Of a DNA stretch of 36,067 nucleotides, positions 1 through 12,240 are shown in pieces; position 1 is the first letter of the stretch; each line of letters begins with the position of its first letter. A program made the position numbers and the translations under genes. Origin of the DNA: Octopus sinensis (taxonomy: Eukaryota); assembly GCF_006345805.1 (NCBI RefSeq), contig NW_021828062.1:1-36067 (forward strand). The letters are read 5' to 3'. Under the pieces are notes generated by a model. The model did no database searches and was not told the origin of the DNA. It worked only from the letters and a program-made list of their open reading frames with translations.

Positions 1-88
1 TTATATATGCTGAAGATCTGACAATGTTCTTTGCACAGATTTTGGCCGATTCCTTCATGTCTGCAGTGATCAGGTGGACGCTTCTCAT
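1..88 (-). CDS. Possible 5' end of a minus-strand gene running off the window (MRSVHLITADMKESAKICAKNIVRSSAYI...)
   Basis: ATG at 88-86 is the first ATG after an in-frame stop, and the frame stays open to position 1. An upstream candidate UTR intron is present (next feature). No homology recognised; only 29 codons visible. Confidence 0.3.
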   Translation of the reverse strand, partial: MRSVHLITADMKESAKICAKNIVRSSAYI

Positions 89-283
89 TGCGTGTTTATA
101 CACACAGCTTTTCTAGGAACCCAACATGCATTCTGTTTTAGTTGTTGTTCCTTTTGAAATTGTAATATTAATATTGTAAAACAGTTGCTCTGCATCACAC
201 ACCTATTTCGGCATTCATTCACATCTCACCCAACTCTTCATTCATCCATTTCTATCTTCCTCTCTCATGTACAGACATTCCTG

Positions 284-285
<2 letters not shown>

Positions 286-350
<65 letters not shown>

Positions 351-376
351 ATGTGTATACGTGTGTGTGTGTGTGC
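286..376. repeat. Compound microsatellite (TA)n(TG)n(TATG)n(TG)n
   Basis: Read directly from the sequence; it produces the YIYI/CVCV ORFs. Confidence 0.95.
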
Positions 377-551
377 TGCCGTCTATCTGCATCTGTCTCC
401 TCCACCTCTTCATCTCTGTCCCTCTCTCCATCTTGTGTGCCTGTTCATGAACAGCGCTGTTTCGCTACTGACTGTTGACCGCCGCCTGTCAATGTTGTTC
501 ACGTTCCCCCTCCCCTTCAAAATATTTGGTTCGTTTAGAGGTCAAAGTGAC

Positions 552-921
552 CTGAAAGAACAGAAAAGAATAGCAAAGTGGAGAAATTCAATCTGGAATG
601 AGAGACAGAAGGAAACATTGACAGATAGGGAACACGCACGGACGCGCGCGCGCACACACACACAATCACGGGATTTTGGTGAAGGTTGGGAAGATGTGGG
701 GATGTACATAGGTACATGGTGCACTGAGAAAAAACATTTCTTAACAGCCACTGGATGTCGATGTGTATGTAGCCATTCATCCATCTATGCACATATGTAA
801 ATATGGTCATTTCACCTCTGTACATATGCGTAATGTGGTTATACATACATACATATGTGTGTATATATATATATATATGTATATAATACGTACATGGCAT
901 ATATGGACATTGTATACTTAC
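552..921 (-). other. Candidate GT-AG intron in a minus-strand 5' UTR
   Basis: Minus-strand donor ATG|GTAAGT (GT at 921-920) and acceptor TTCTTTTCTGTTCTTTCAG|G (AG at 553-552), both near consensus. Confidence 0.4.
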
Positions 922-1849
922 CATTACATACACAAATAGTGTTTGTAGATGTAGCGAAGTTGCAATGTAAAATATTAAAAAAGTATACAGTTTATTTTCC
1001 CTGTTTCTCTCCGAATTGTTGCTGGTAGGAAGAGGAAGTTGAGCTGTCACTGTTTTAATGGAAATGTTGGAGAAGAAGAGTTGAAAATAACTTCTTCACA
1101 CATATTGCTACAATTTCTTAGAAACCTTCCTATAATATAGTTCTCTATTCAGGTCTTCAATTGTCTGAGCTAAAATAGTAAACTTGCAAGTTATAGCTTA
1201 GCCTCTAGTTAAGGATTTCAACATCTGTCTGTCTGTCTATCTATCTAATGAGGGAGGCGGGCGAGAAAGGAAAGTTTTAAGTATTTCATTTTTTGATAGA
1301 TTATACGAAAATCTTATTAAATTAGCTGTGGTGAAATAATTTTCTTAAAACCATTGATACTGAAAATAGAAAACTTCGTCTTTTGTTTATCAATTTTTTT
1401 TTTTTTGGCGGGTGGGGTACCTTACTGTTAATTACTCTTTGAATGGAAGTCAAACCGAAAATGTTATTGTTTTGGTTTGCTCCTGTTTCCTCGTGTCCCA
1501 AATATTTTGGACATTATTTAAAATTTTTTACAAATAAGAAACAAGCCATACCATTTTACTGCTGCCATAAATATAGGTGTGTTGCGAGGGAGGAGGCTGA
1601 AAATGAAAGTAGGACAGCATGTAACAATAGCTACGAAATGTTTATTTTCTTCTAGGATAGATTTGTGCTTGAAAATGACGAAGTTAACCAGTTTTTGTAA
1701 TGTTTAACTTTTCTTTTTAGCTTGTTCAATCTCAGCAGAAATATGTTTTAATAGATGATCAGCTGAAGTTGTCATTACTTTCTTGGTCTTTTGCCATTGC
1801 ATTTTAAGTGCGTCTTAAATAGTTCTTTAAATATACCAATTGCAAAAAC

Positions 1850-1977
1850 TTGTCAATATCCTCACTTGTCGACTGTCCCTGCGCGCGCGCGCACACACCA
1901 GAACAGTGGTAATAGTGGCGACGAATAGCAGTAATACTACAGCTGCTTGTTCTATCTACGTCTGTAGAATATCGCAT

Positions 1978-2015
<38 letters not shown>

Positions 2016-2782
2016 ATCAATAAACATTCCAATAGTCAACATTTCTGTCCACGTGTATTATGCATATGTATATATATATGTATGCACGTACGTATATACG
2101 TCTGTATGTGTGTGTATTTGTGTCTGTATGTGTTTAAGATGTTCACTGCGAGCAGTAATTGAAGAAAGCTAGTTAAATATAGCGATGAGATGGATGGAGG
2201 GAATATAAACCTGGATAACTTCTCGCAAACTCCATACATGTCGCCTTCCAGTCGGCTCTTGCATCTCCCCGCTTTTGCTCTCACACACCAACCAATTATC
2301 ATGTAAACAGTTTTTTTTTTTCAAAGGTTTCTGCTGTCAAGTTGAAGTAGATTACTCAATACCTACAAATATCTCTACGTATATCTAGGTTTCTACCTTT
2401 CTCTTTGTTTCCTATGGACGACAGTCGATGTCTTATTTTGTTTTACTTTTTTACTATTGTTTTTTTTTTAGCTCTAACGACAGTGTGTGCGTGCATGTGT
2501 ATGTATGTGTGTGCGTGTGCGTGTGTAGATAGATTGATATGTATTGTTGTTAGGATGTGTGTAATATATACACGTAGCAAAAACAGGAGATAAACAGTAA
2601 ATTGAGAGGAAGTGTAATGAGAGAGGGTAGGAAAATAAGGCAGGGAAGAGAGAGAGAGAATGATAGATAGATAGAGAGAGAGAGAGAGAAAGAAAGAAAG
2701 AAAAAGAGTCGTTTTCCACGTCGTGGCTCCGTGTGTCGGACGTGTGACAGTTGGAGCCACTAAATATTGACATCAACTGCAG
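1850..2782. promoter_or_regulatory. Putative promoter / first-exon region, possibly divergent
   Basis: CpGs visibly retained relative to the rest of the window, with a (GC)n run at 1881-1892, (CT)15 at 1981-2010 and CCAAT at ~2292. No recognisable TE. A GA-rich leader at 2620-2705 ends in a donor site. Confidence 0.4.
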
Positions 2783-2788
2783 GTAAGA
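2780..2788 (+). other. Strong 5' splice donor CAG|GTAAGA, end of a putative non-coding plus-strand exon
   Basis: Near-consensus donor following a CpG-containing, purine-rich leader. Exon start cannot be determined. Confidence 0.45.
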
Positions 2789-2820
2789 CACCTACCTATT
2801 TTATCTACTCGCCCTCTGTG

Positions 2821-2871
2821 GTGTGTGTGTGTGTGTGTGTGTGTAATACACACACACACACACACACACAC
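2821..2871. repeat. Inverted microsatellite (GT)12-AAT-(AC)12
   Basis: Perfect 24-bp self-complementary arms with a 3-nt spacer. Confidence 0.95.
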
Positions 2872-3064
2872 TCATACTCTCTCACACACTGTTATATATA
2901 TTTGATCCAGTCTTCGATTCCCTTTGGACCTTATTTCTCTTCACTTGTCTCTCACTTTTACACATGCCGACATTCAATCAGTGTAAAATAATATAGTGAA
3001 GCCATGCTTTTGGCCAGTGTCAAGACGTAGATTATTACACACTGTTCCAGTTCTTGTTTCTCAT

Positions 3065-3101
<37 letters not shown>

Positions 3102-6100
3102 ATTGTAGTCTTCGCTTCATGCTCGTTGTTTGTCTCCCTCTCTCTCCCAGTTCTTGTAACTATAGGCCCCTCCTCTCTCTATTCTCTATATTTATCGAGA
3201 ACACAGTTTGGTATTATTATACTACTAACCATACTCCACTCGGCCTTTTGTTTTTACACACTACAACACACTCTGTCAATATGTAGTGGATGTTATTGAG
3301 GAAATGTAGTAAACTATTTATTGTTGCTACTGTTTCACACACATTTGTTTTTTTGTCATTAGTGTGCAATAATTTGCTCTGTTCAATGTTGATGATTAGC
3401 GAATGAGAGAGTGTGAGGGATGATGAGAGATACATTGTCATTGCACAACCACCATCGAAATTAGAACACTGACACTTTGATTTAAGACATTTTCCATATT
3501 TTATGCCACACTCAGCCTTTTGTGCTTTATTTAATGTTTCCCTTTCTTTCTGAATAGACTGGTTTTCCCTGATCCCTAAACGATGGCTGGAAAAAGGGCG
3601 GCTCTTAAACCCCATTTTACTTTCTTTCTCGATTCAATTCTGTAAACAAAAGCAACATTTTAAAACTAAAACATCACATTGCTATGTGTTAGTGTGTACT
3701 GTTCTGCTCGACAGGAGACTGAATAAAGATATTTAATGGTTGCAGACTGTGGCCCAGATATAATTAAACGCCGTGCAAATTGGGCATCACTTCATAATTA
3801 ACACCCACTTCAATCCTTTGTTTTGTTTTTTCTTCTTCTTCTTCTTTTTACCATTATTGATACCCATTACTTCCACAGCCACTACTTCTACAGCTTCCAA
3901 CCCGTAAAAACTATATTTTATCACTTAAACGTTATTTCCTTGATTTACTTTGCAGACAATTTTCCGTTTTAGAAAATTCCTCTGCATGTCAGACAGAGGA
4001 CTTTGAAGTTGGCTATGCTAATTATAAAATGGGGGATCGATTTGTAATACTCTTATTATTTGGATTCGGTCACTCATTTTGTGGCCTAAATACAGTTGTT
4101 GCTATATTGGACTCTCCCCCCTCCTCCTCCTATTATTGTTGTTGTTGTTGTTTCGTTCTAGCAACTTATAAGTGTGATCCTTCTTTTCCCTTCCTCTTAG
4201 GACATACCTTACAAACGTCTTGGTGTTCCACTATCGGGAGAGAGAGAGAGAGAGAGGGGTGGGGGCAATATGATTTTTACGAAGTTATTTACAAGTTGTT
4301 AACCTTTGTATTTTCTCATTCTACGAGTGCTTCTTTGAGTGTGGTTTCTATCCTTGATGATGGAAGATGCTGACATACCATAACTGTCATCACGTCACAA
4401 CTTCTAATATACGAACCCTTCACTTTTCCTCTGTTGTTACATTAACATAGCATTGGTTCATCCTAATCTTTCTCCCATACTCTTCATCTTGTTCACATTT
4501 CACTTGGTTTATTACAGCCGAAGATACTGTCAGTGTAACAAGGGTGTTTAACATCCAACCAAATGGTTAATATAACCCAAACAACAGTTTCATCATTATC
4601 TCACCCACATTCCCCTTCCCTGCTCTAAACCATATATTAGGTCACTGTAGGCTGACCTTAATTCGATGAAAATTCGACCTCTGGAAGAAATGTCAACAGT
4701 TAGATCTATAATTGAGAATGTTATCTCTATCCATTTTACTGTTTTTGTTGATGTGATATGTAAATAGAGCAACTCTGCTGTGTAGACAAGGAATTAGCTT
4801 TTAGAAACACTATTACTAAATGCTAACAACAACTGGTTGATGATGTTGATAATGATGTTTTCTCTTCACTCTGTTAATGCTTATGTAAAGAAAAGTCAAT
4901 TTTTTTTACTGTGTCACTGTAACCAAAATATTTCATTTCATATTAAACATGGATGATATTTTTAGGATATTGTTATTCAAAAAAATATCTTCTGTTATTG
5001 TAAAAATTATTTTCCCTGTAATATTAATGTGCTGAAGTTTATGAATTGTTTTCCTCCAACACAAAACTGACAACTGTCTCCAAATATTTCTTAAATATTA
5101 GTAAAAATATTTCTTAAAAGTAGTTTAAATTTCAACCATGATACATTCTAGATTTTAGAATCCACATAAAAAGCTGTTAACAGTTTTTGTATAACTTTAT
5201 TTTCGATTGTAAACTATGTTTAGCTGACTCCCTATAGCCACTAATTGTTCATACACAATGTCATCAGTGACAACTCTCAAGTTTGGCATGGAAAACAAGG
5301 CTTTAAATTAAATTGCTAGAATTTGAATATTAGTTTTTCGCGCTGCTCTTCTACTGGAAGCTAATTCTATTTATGTTTACTTTGAGAGTGGTTGAATTGT
5401 GTGAATTACATAACTTTACACAGGGAGCAGATAGCTAGGACAGAGAGTAATGTCAGTTTGCCCTTGCAGCCCGTTTCTTCTTTCTCCCTTTCCTTGTTGC
5501 TTATGTAATATGTTATTACAGATTAGTTGCTATTGCAAGTATAGACAGTAGTAGTAGTAGTAGTAGTAGCAGCAGCAGCATTATCACACTGATATTACTG
5601 ATGTGGCTGGCTGCTTTTTCTAATGCTACAATGACATCTGTTTACAGAAGCTATTAAAATAAATTCAATTTTTCTCTTTGGAAACACTATTTTTTCATTG
5701 TCTGCCTGCTTAACAAGTTGCTGCTCAAACTCATCCTATGTTCACCAAGTCTTGAGAGATTTATGACCTAACCCAAAGATCAAACTAAAGAATTTCAGTG
5801 GTAGTAACAAAGTTTTGTTGTTTGTGATCTCACACTAAACTGACATGGATTTTCCTTGGTGCTTCTTAATCTTGTTTCGAATAATTACTAGCAATCATTA
5901 GGGGAACCAGCTCACTAAATAAAAAAACAAAATAGAAATAAAAAAAACAAACATCTATAAAGAACTATTGACAACTCTACACTCCCCCCCACCTCCTGTT
6001 ACAATGGGAATGAAGTTTCTTTGTAAATAAATTCCACTTCTTTTTCATTAATCTATTAGAATTGTATTTCAGCATTATCTATTTATAGCTATTATCATTA

Positions 6101-6529
6101 GCTAGTAGTTATTACATCACTAGGCCTGCACAGAGCTAGTAGGGAGAACATACTGGTTATTTCACACATTTACTGGCTTTTTCTTGATTGTCTACTCTCG
6201 CTAAAATATACAGTTTTCGAACTTGTACCGAATTTATTCTCTAATTATTGCCACACTGACATAATGTTCAGAGCATCCACTAAATTAAATTTCTTCTTAT
6301 ACTTAACAAAATAAGTATTGACAAAATTAATTTTTAGTTTACGAACAACTCTACTTTCATTTGTGCACTAAAATACACATTGGCATGTATTTGTGTTTTT
6401 AGTGTCAATACTAAATTTTGTACTAGCAACTTTTTCGCGCGCTGCTCATGCATAAGCCTCATTTTAGATTTGTTTACAATTTAAGCAGCAGTGACTAGAA
6501 GCATGCATTATGTTGATGCCCTATATCTC

Positions 6530-8450
6530 ACATCATCATGTTTGTTTTTCCATGCTTATATAGATTGCAAAGTATTTCTCAAACGTAGCATTTCACTATT
6601 TGTTGCAGTCCTTTTTCATCTCCCTAGCAAGTTTAGCCGCATGAGGTCAGCTTTTAGTAACACTTGCCATATCTTCCTTGGTCTTCTTCTTCTTCTGCAT
6701 TTTCCTACCACTTGGATCGCTTGTCACCTCTTAACTGTGATCTTCCATACACATCGTATCTCCGTACCAGCATAAGTCTTCTCTTTTCCATGCCGTATGT
6801 GATTCTTCTTCTACCCGGCTTCACTCTCAACTCATTTCTACCATGTTGTTTATGTATACAAGCATTACATATAAAGCAGAGCTTGATACCCCATTTCTGT
6901 TCAACATTCACACATTCTCTACATTCAATGCCTATTTTAAGCTACCATGCAACTTTACACTTCATACACAAGTGTCATGCAATTTGTCCTTCACTTTGAG
7001 AGAGTTTACCTTGTTGCCAGTAAAGGTAATAGCTCTCTGAACTTAGTCCACTTCCTTCTTACTCTGGTTATTATGCTTTCAGAACAACTGCCCTGCATAC
7101 TACTGATTAGGTCATCTGCTAACAGAAGCTGTCAACTACTTCGAGGCAGCCTTCCATGCATTTAAAAGGATTTATTTCATGAGTACTCTTTCTGCTAAAT
7201 ACTCAAGGGCATCTATTACACACAAAGCCTTTCTTCTCTGTCAACCTGATTGTGATCTCACTGCACCCCTTCTACAACCATAGTTTATAATTGATTCACA
7301 GTACAAAATTCCCACTTACTTCTCCTTTTCTGCATATTGAGCATGGTCGCCTTCCTGAGGACAAAAGTCCTGTCTTTTTTTGCTATTAACTATAACTTTT
7401 GTCTTTGCTAGGTTTATTTCAAAGGACACTTGATGCTAGGATTGGCTTCCATATTTGGAATATCTTCTTTAATTCATTGACAAATTCACTTCCAAGAATT
7501 AGGTCATCAGCCTCTGGGATTGCTCACAGCCAGCTAGTGTTCAACTCCTCTATTACATCCTAAAGGACTATATATAATCAAGAGCAGAGGATAAACAGCT
7601 GACTTCTGACAGACACCTACCTGCATTCTAATTTATTTAATGAGCTCAATGTTGAATCTCACCTTGCAGATACCATTTCTTTATATAGCTTACACCATAC
7701 AGATATCAACTTCACCTGATAGTCCCTCTGTTGGGTCTAATTATAGACATATCTCAGTCAGCAAACTCTCATAGTGACATTTCCATGCCCCCCCCTCTTG
7801 TCATCAACCAAAGCAGGTGTCGTTTTGTACACCTTTTCCAAACGGCATCTGGATTCATACTCCTGAACTACAATCTGAAATCTGCCCTACCTCTCATCAT
7901 CTTCTCATTGCACAAGATTGACAGACTTCAACTTGCACTTTCCTTCTTTGCTCTCTAAAACTGATCTCTAACTTTTCTTCTAGCTTTCTCACTTACAATT
8001 CCTTTCCTGTCTTTTTAGCATTTATGACTTATAAACTCCTAGCTGTAACTTCTTCTCATCATACCTATTATCTAGTACTATAAACAAATGTCTAACCAAA
8101 TAATATCCCATTTTCTGTACCCTCCTTCTCAAGACTGTCTTGTATCCTGTGAGTGTCTAGCCTGTATCGTAAGGTTGTTGATTATTAATGTCGGATGAGA
8201 CATTATTTCTGGTGAACAATTTGTTATTATCTATCCCACATCTTGGTTAGTACGAAGTGTATGTGGTTTGCATGTTTGTCTGGTGGCTTAAAGGGTCAGG
8301 TGGCTGGTTTAGATTATTGAAGTTAGTTTCCTAGAACTCCAAGAATCTTGATCCTTCTTCATTCTTGACACAATATCCCAAAGCCTTCATGTATGCTGGA
8401 ATAGCCATCATACTGTTACCCAACATCCACTGCAGTAATGAGCTTACAAG
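6530..8450 (-). mobile_element. Degenerate RTE-clade LINE (APE end, linker, partial RT, C-terminus, 3' tail) with internal deletion
   Basis: Minus-strand translations across stops and frameshifts: APE-like 'DGYSSIHEGFG...NEEGSRFLEF' (~8330-8420), RT 'QVGVCQKSAVYPLLLII' and 'ADDL' (~7500-7625), 'SCSESIITRVRRKWTKFRELLPLL' (~7015-7090), and C-terminal 'GKCRRRRRPRKIW'. Tail GCATGGAAAA...(ATG)n at ~6530-6556. Confidence 0.85.
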
Positions 8451-9625
8451 AGGGCCTCATAAAAATGATTCTTTTACCCATTTGTCAATCCTAGTTGTTG
8501 TAGATATACTGCAATAACTTTGTTGTTTTTCTCTTGATAAATTGGCTTAATTATCTTGCTCTTTGTTGTTTTTATTGAATATTCTCACAAGATTTGGATA
8601 TATGAACCTACACTAAGTCACATTTATAAAGCATCACATTTCTATCTTGTTTGACGATTGAAATAAAAATATATGAGAATACATATTTAATTTGGTAAAG
8701 AGTTTGAGTGAAATAAAAGATTTCATGGGATTCTGAATATTTGTGAATCCCATACGTTTTCTGAGATAGTTATTGACATTAATTGGTATTGTTTATCTTT
8801 AATAGTTGTTAAATAACTGCCGACCAGGGATTATTATTTGAACAGTTACAGATGAGTGTGAACCAAAAAAGGTAGCTAGAATTATTGTTTCACTCTTTAT
8901 TTCTGAAATTTAAATTTGAAGAAGAAATAGACCCACCATACTAGCAAGAATAGAGATGAGGATATGTCTCTAAGTGGACTTTTTTTTCCAGACAATTATT
9001 TTTGTTTAGACTCAAATCACACCTGGTTGAGCAGCTATATCCAGAACTGTGCTGTTCAGTATTTTTCAAGAGGGTTAAAGTGTGATTTGAGGAACAGTTG
9101 ATTGTTCTTTCTAGCTGACCAAGTCACTGCATAAAAGTTCTTCCTTGTCATATTTCGAAAGTAATTGTTTGTTTGATAGGGTTGGCCACATGTCTACGTT
9201 CATTTCTGCTTGAGTTTTTTGTAATACTTTCAATAAATTAGATGTTAAATTTGTTGCCGTTTATCAAACAAACTTATTTTGTAACATACAAGCAATATAG
9301 GTTCATGCTGTTGATCTTTTGCTTTATTTTCATTACTGTTGGACATGGTCATTGTGCATTTCTAATGGCGCATGTTCTTTATAATTATGGAGCTTATTGT
9401 AAAGATAGTCTAATTAGTTTAAATTTTTAATCCACATTATTAAATTCTTAATGTAGTGTTTTATTTTCTACATATATTAACATTTTCAGCTGAATTTCTT
9501 TCTCATTTATTAAATAAAAACACAGTCTTTTGAACTTTGTGACAACACTAGATGTTGTGGTCTGTTCTATATGGACAGTAGTGTCATAATATGGTTCAAT
9601 GAAATAAAGGATTCAGTACAGTATC

Positions 9626-9749
9626 CAGTAGTAGTAGTGATGGTTGTGATAGCAGTAGTACTAGTGGTGGTGATGGTGGTGGTAGTAGTAGTAGTTATAG
9701 TAGTAGTGCTGGTGGTGGTGATGGGAGTGATAGTTGTGGTGGTGGTGGC
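9626..9749. repeat. Low-complexity (GTA/GTG)n trinucleotide tract
   Basis: Read directly; gives the poly-V and poly-T ORFs. Confidence 0.9.
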
Positions 9750-10106
9750 TTTAGATGTTGCTGTGTTGAACATCGACTTAAGATTGTGTAGACATTTAGT
9801 AATGTATATCATGTGTAAAAGAGAGCAAGAGTTTCTTGTTCTTATAATTTTTAAGTGACTTTTTAAAATTCAAAGTCACTAATCTGTTGTATTTAGCATT
9901 GGTTTCTTGAATTTCTCTTTCATCATTTAAATTGAACTGACAAATAACCAGTATTTAGAACTTCACATGTATTCTTGTATATCCAAAGGGAAAACTGAGG
10001 AGGACTTGCATCATATAGTCTGAGTTTCATTTGGTTGGAATCTACTCTTGTGTAGGTAACAGAGTACATAAGAAGGTAAAACAAAACAAGAGAGTTTGCT
10101 TATATA

Positions 10107-10916
10107 GCCAGTATGCTCCGCTGGATGTGTAATGTCAGTGTTCATACTCGACAGAGTGTAAGTACCTTGAGAGAAAAGCTGGACCTAAGAAGCATCAGTT
10201 GTGGTGTGTAAGAGAGACGTTTGCGCTGGTATGGTCATGTGGTGAGAATGGATGAAGATAGTTGTGTAAAAAAGTGCCACACCCTAGCGGTTGAGGGAAC
10301 CTGTGGAAGAGGCAGACCCAGGAAAACCTGGGACGAGGTGGTGAAGCACGACCTTCGAACTTTAGGTCTCACCGAGGAAATGACTAGAGACCGAGACATT
10401 TGGAAGTATGCTGTGCGTGAGAAGACCCGGCAGGACAAGTGAGACCATAACCTGTGGCCTCTACATGGGATGTAGCCAGTTCACTTATGCATACTTTTCT
10501 TTCTTGGGACACAAAACTCTACTTGTGAAGACCTGTTGAGGCAAGTGAAAATCAAAATCAAAATCGATCAACACCAATGGAAATTGCAGCTGTGATACCA
10601 GTGCCGATGCTACGTAAAAGAACCATCTGAACGTGGCCGTTGCCAGTGCCGCCCCGATTGGCCTCGTGCCGGTGGCATGTAAAAAAACACCATCCGATCG
10701 TGGCTGTTGCCAGCCTCGCCTGGCACCTGTGCCGGTGGCACGTAAAAAGCACCCACTACACTCATGGAGTGGTTGGCGTTAGGAAGGGCATCCAGCTGTA
10801 GAAACACTGCCAGATCAGACTGGGCCTGGTGCAGCCTTCTGGCTTCCCAGACCCCAGTTGAACTGTCCAACCCATGCTAGCATGGAAAGCGGACACTAAA
10901 CGATGATGATGATGAT
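10107..10916 (+). mobile_element. Young 5'-truncated RTE LINE: ORF C-terminus, 3' UTR and (GAT)n tail
   Basis: ASMLRWMCNVSVHTRQSVSTLREKLDLRSISCGV*ERRLRWYGHVVRMDEDSCVKKCHTLAVEGTCGRGRPRKTWDEVVKHDL..., with the RTE signatures RLRWYGHV and RGRPRKTW. Palindrome CCATGCTAGCATGG at 10872-10885; (GAT)5 tail. Confidence 0.93.
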
Positions 10917-11974
10917 CATCATCATCTTATGTCATTTTAATTAGCAATGAATAAATGTAAGTTTATAAGGAAAATCTTTCAATCTAATTAAGTCTTCAGA
11001 GATTGCATAAACCATATAAATAATCTTTAGCATTATACTGAGCAGACAGCAGCATTGTTCTATCAACTACTATATATGGATATTTTTCCTGGAGTTATTA
11101 TGAGTCATAGTTCATAATAATTCAGTTTATGCTCCTTTTAATCCATTGAACCATTTTGTTCCACTCATTTGGCATCCTGTTACTAATGGACACACTCTAG
11201 TCTTCCCTAGCCCACAGACAGGCTATCTCTTCCCTCCGTCTTTTCTATTACTCCTTGGAGTTGCCTAGTCTCATATCTCCACCATTTTCGCATCCCTGAC
11301 TCGCTCATCTCTCTACTCCTTATTCCCTTCCATGCACTAACCATTACGCCCTATCCTTCCTCCTAGGAACATTGATTCTCTAGTATCGCCTTTCTAATAT
11401 TTTTCCTGCAGGTGTTTTGCAAAAGTTAAATGGAACAATCAGTTTCATCAGTCTCAGAGGCCTGCATGGGGCATGGACGCTTCTCCTTCCCCCAGATGCA
11501 GCAAGTAAAAACAAAAAATCCTGGTTTTCCTTGTCTTTAGCTCATCAAATCTTTAAATCTCAGGAGCAATAATACTTTGACCTTGAAAATTGATAAAGTG
11601 AAGAAATGTTTTTTTTTTTAAATTAAGAGAAATTTGAAGCCTCATCCAACTTGAATGTTTTCTTGTTAACAGATTTATCAGTGAAAATATCAGATATACT
11701 TGTGATATTTGTTTTGTAGATGACAATTTTTTTAATTACATAATCATTATTATTTTAACTTACATTTTTCCACACTTGCATGAATTAGAGAAAAGTTAGA
11801 GGAAAATTGGGGCATATGGCTCTTTCAGTCACCTGTTTCCAAATAAAATAAATATTTCCTGCTGTCCTTTGAATAGTGAACAGTTCAGTGGTTGGACATG
11901 CTTTTGCAGAGTATTTTGCAGAGTATTGTAAAGAAATGATACTGTTAACCATTCCTCCATCCATCAATCTGAAC

Positions 11975-12075
11975 AAACACATACACACTCATGATGGGCT
12001 GTTTCTTGTTTCTGTTTACCAAATTTCATGCACAAGGCATTGATAAACCCATGGCTGTTGTAGAAGACACCTTAC
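11975..12075 (-). mobile_element. Degenerate fragment of tRNA-derived SINE family A
   Basis: Reverse complement resembles the middle of the 14060 and 27596 copies (gtgtcttctac...ggtaaacagaaac). Confidence 0.6.
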
Positions 12076-12240
12076 ACCCACTTCACAAAATCTTGAGTCA
12101 GAATCTATTTGGTTCAGTTTATTACAATTTGTACTCCGTTGGTTTTCTGGTAACAGATTTAATTTTTTTAGTTTGATATACTGATTGAGATAATTTAAGT
12201 TTTTTCTTAAATATTGTTTTGATATTTATTTTTAGATATA

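Noticed and set aside
185-4373. Many 60-177 aa ORFs rich in YI, CV, SL and HT dipeptides
   Set aside because: They are translations of dinucleotide microsatellites with no domain signal. The same applies to ORFs at 24713-25149, 26254-26774, 28902-29183 and 32856-33487.
5225-5275. CTGATGA on the minus strand as a hammerhead
   Set aside because: The second box is GAAC, there is no UH at the junction and the stems are marginal.
9567-9858. Poly-Val transmembrane-like ORF and poly-Thr mucin-like ORF
   Set aside because: Opposite-strand readings of one (GTA/GTG)n tract; no supported exon structure.
11395-11510. Good plus-strand acceptor (TTTTCCTGCAG|G) as a coding exon
   Set aside because: Only a weak donor follows and no frame gives a recognisable peptide.
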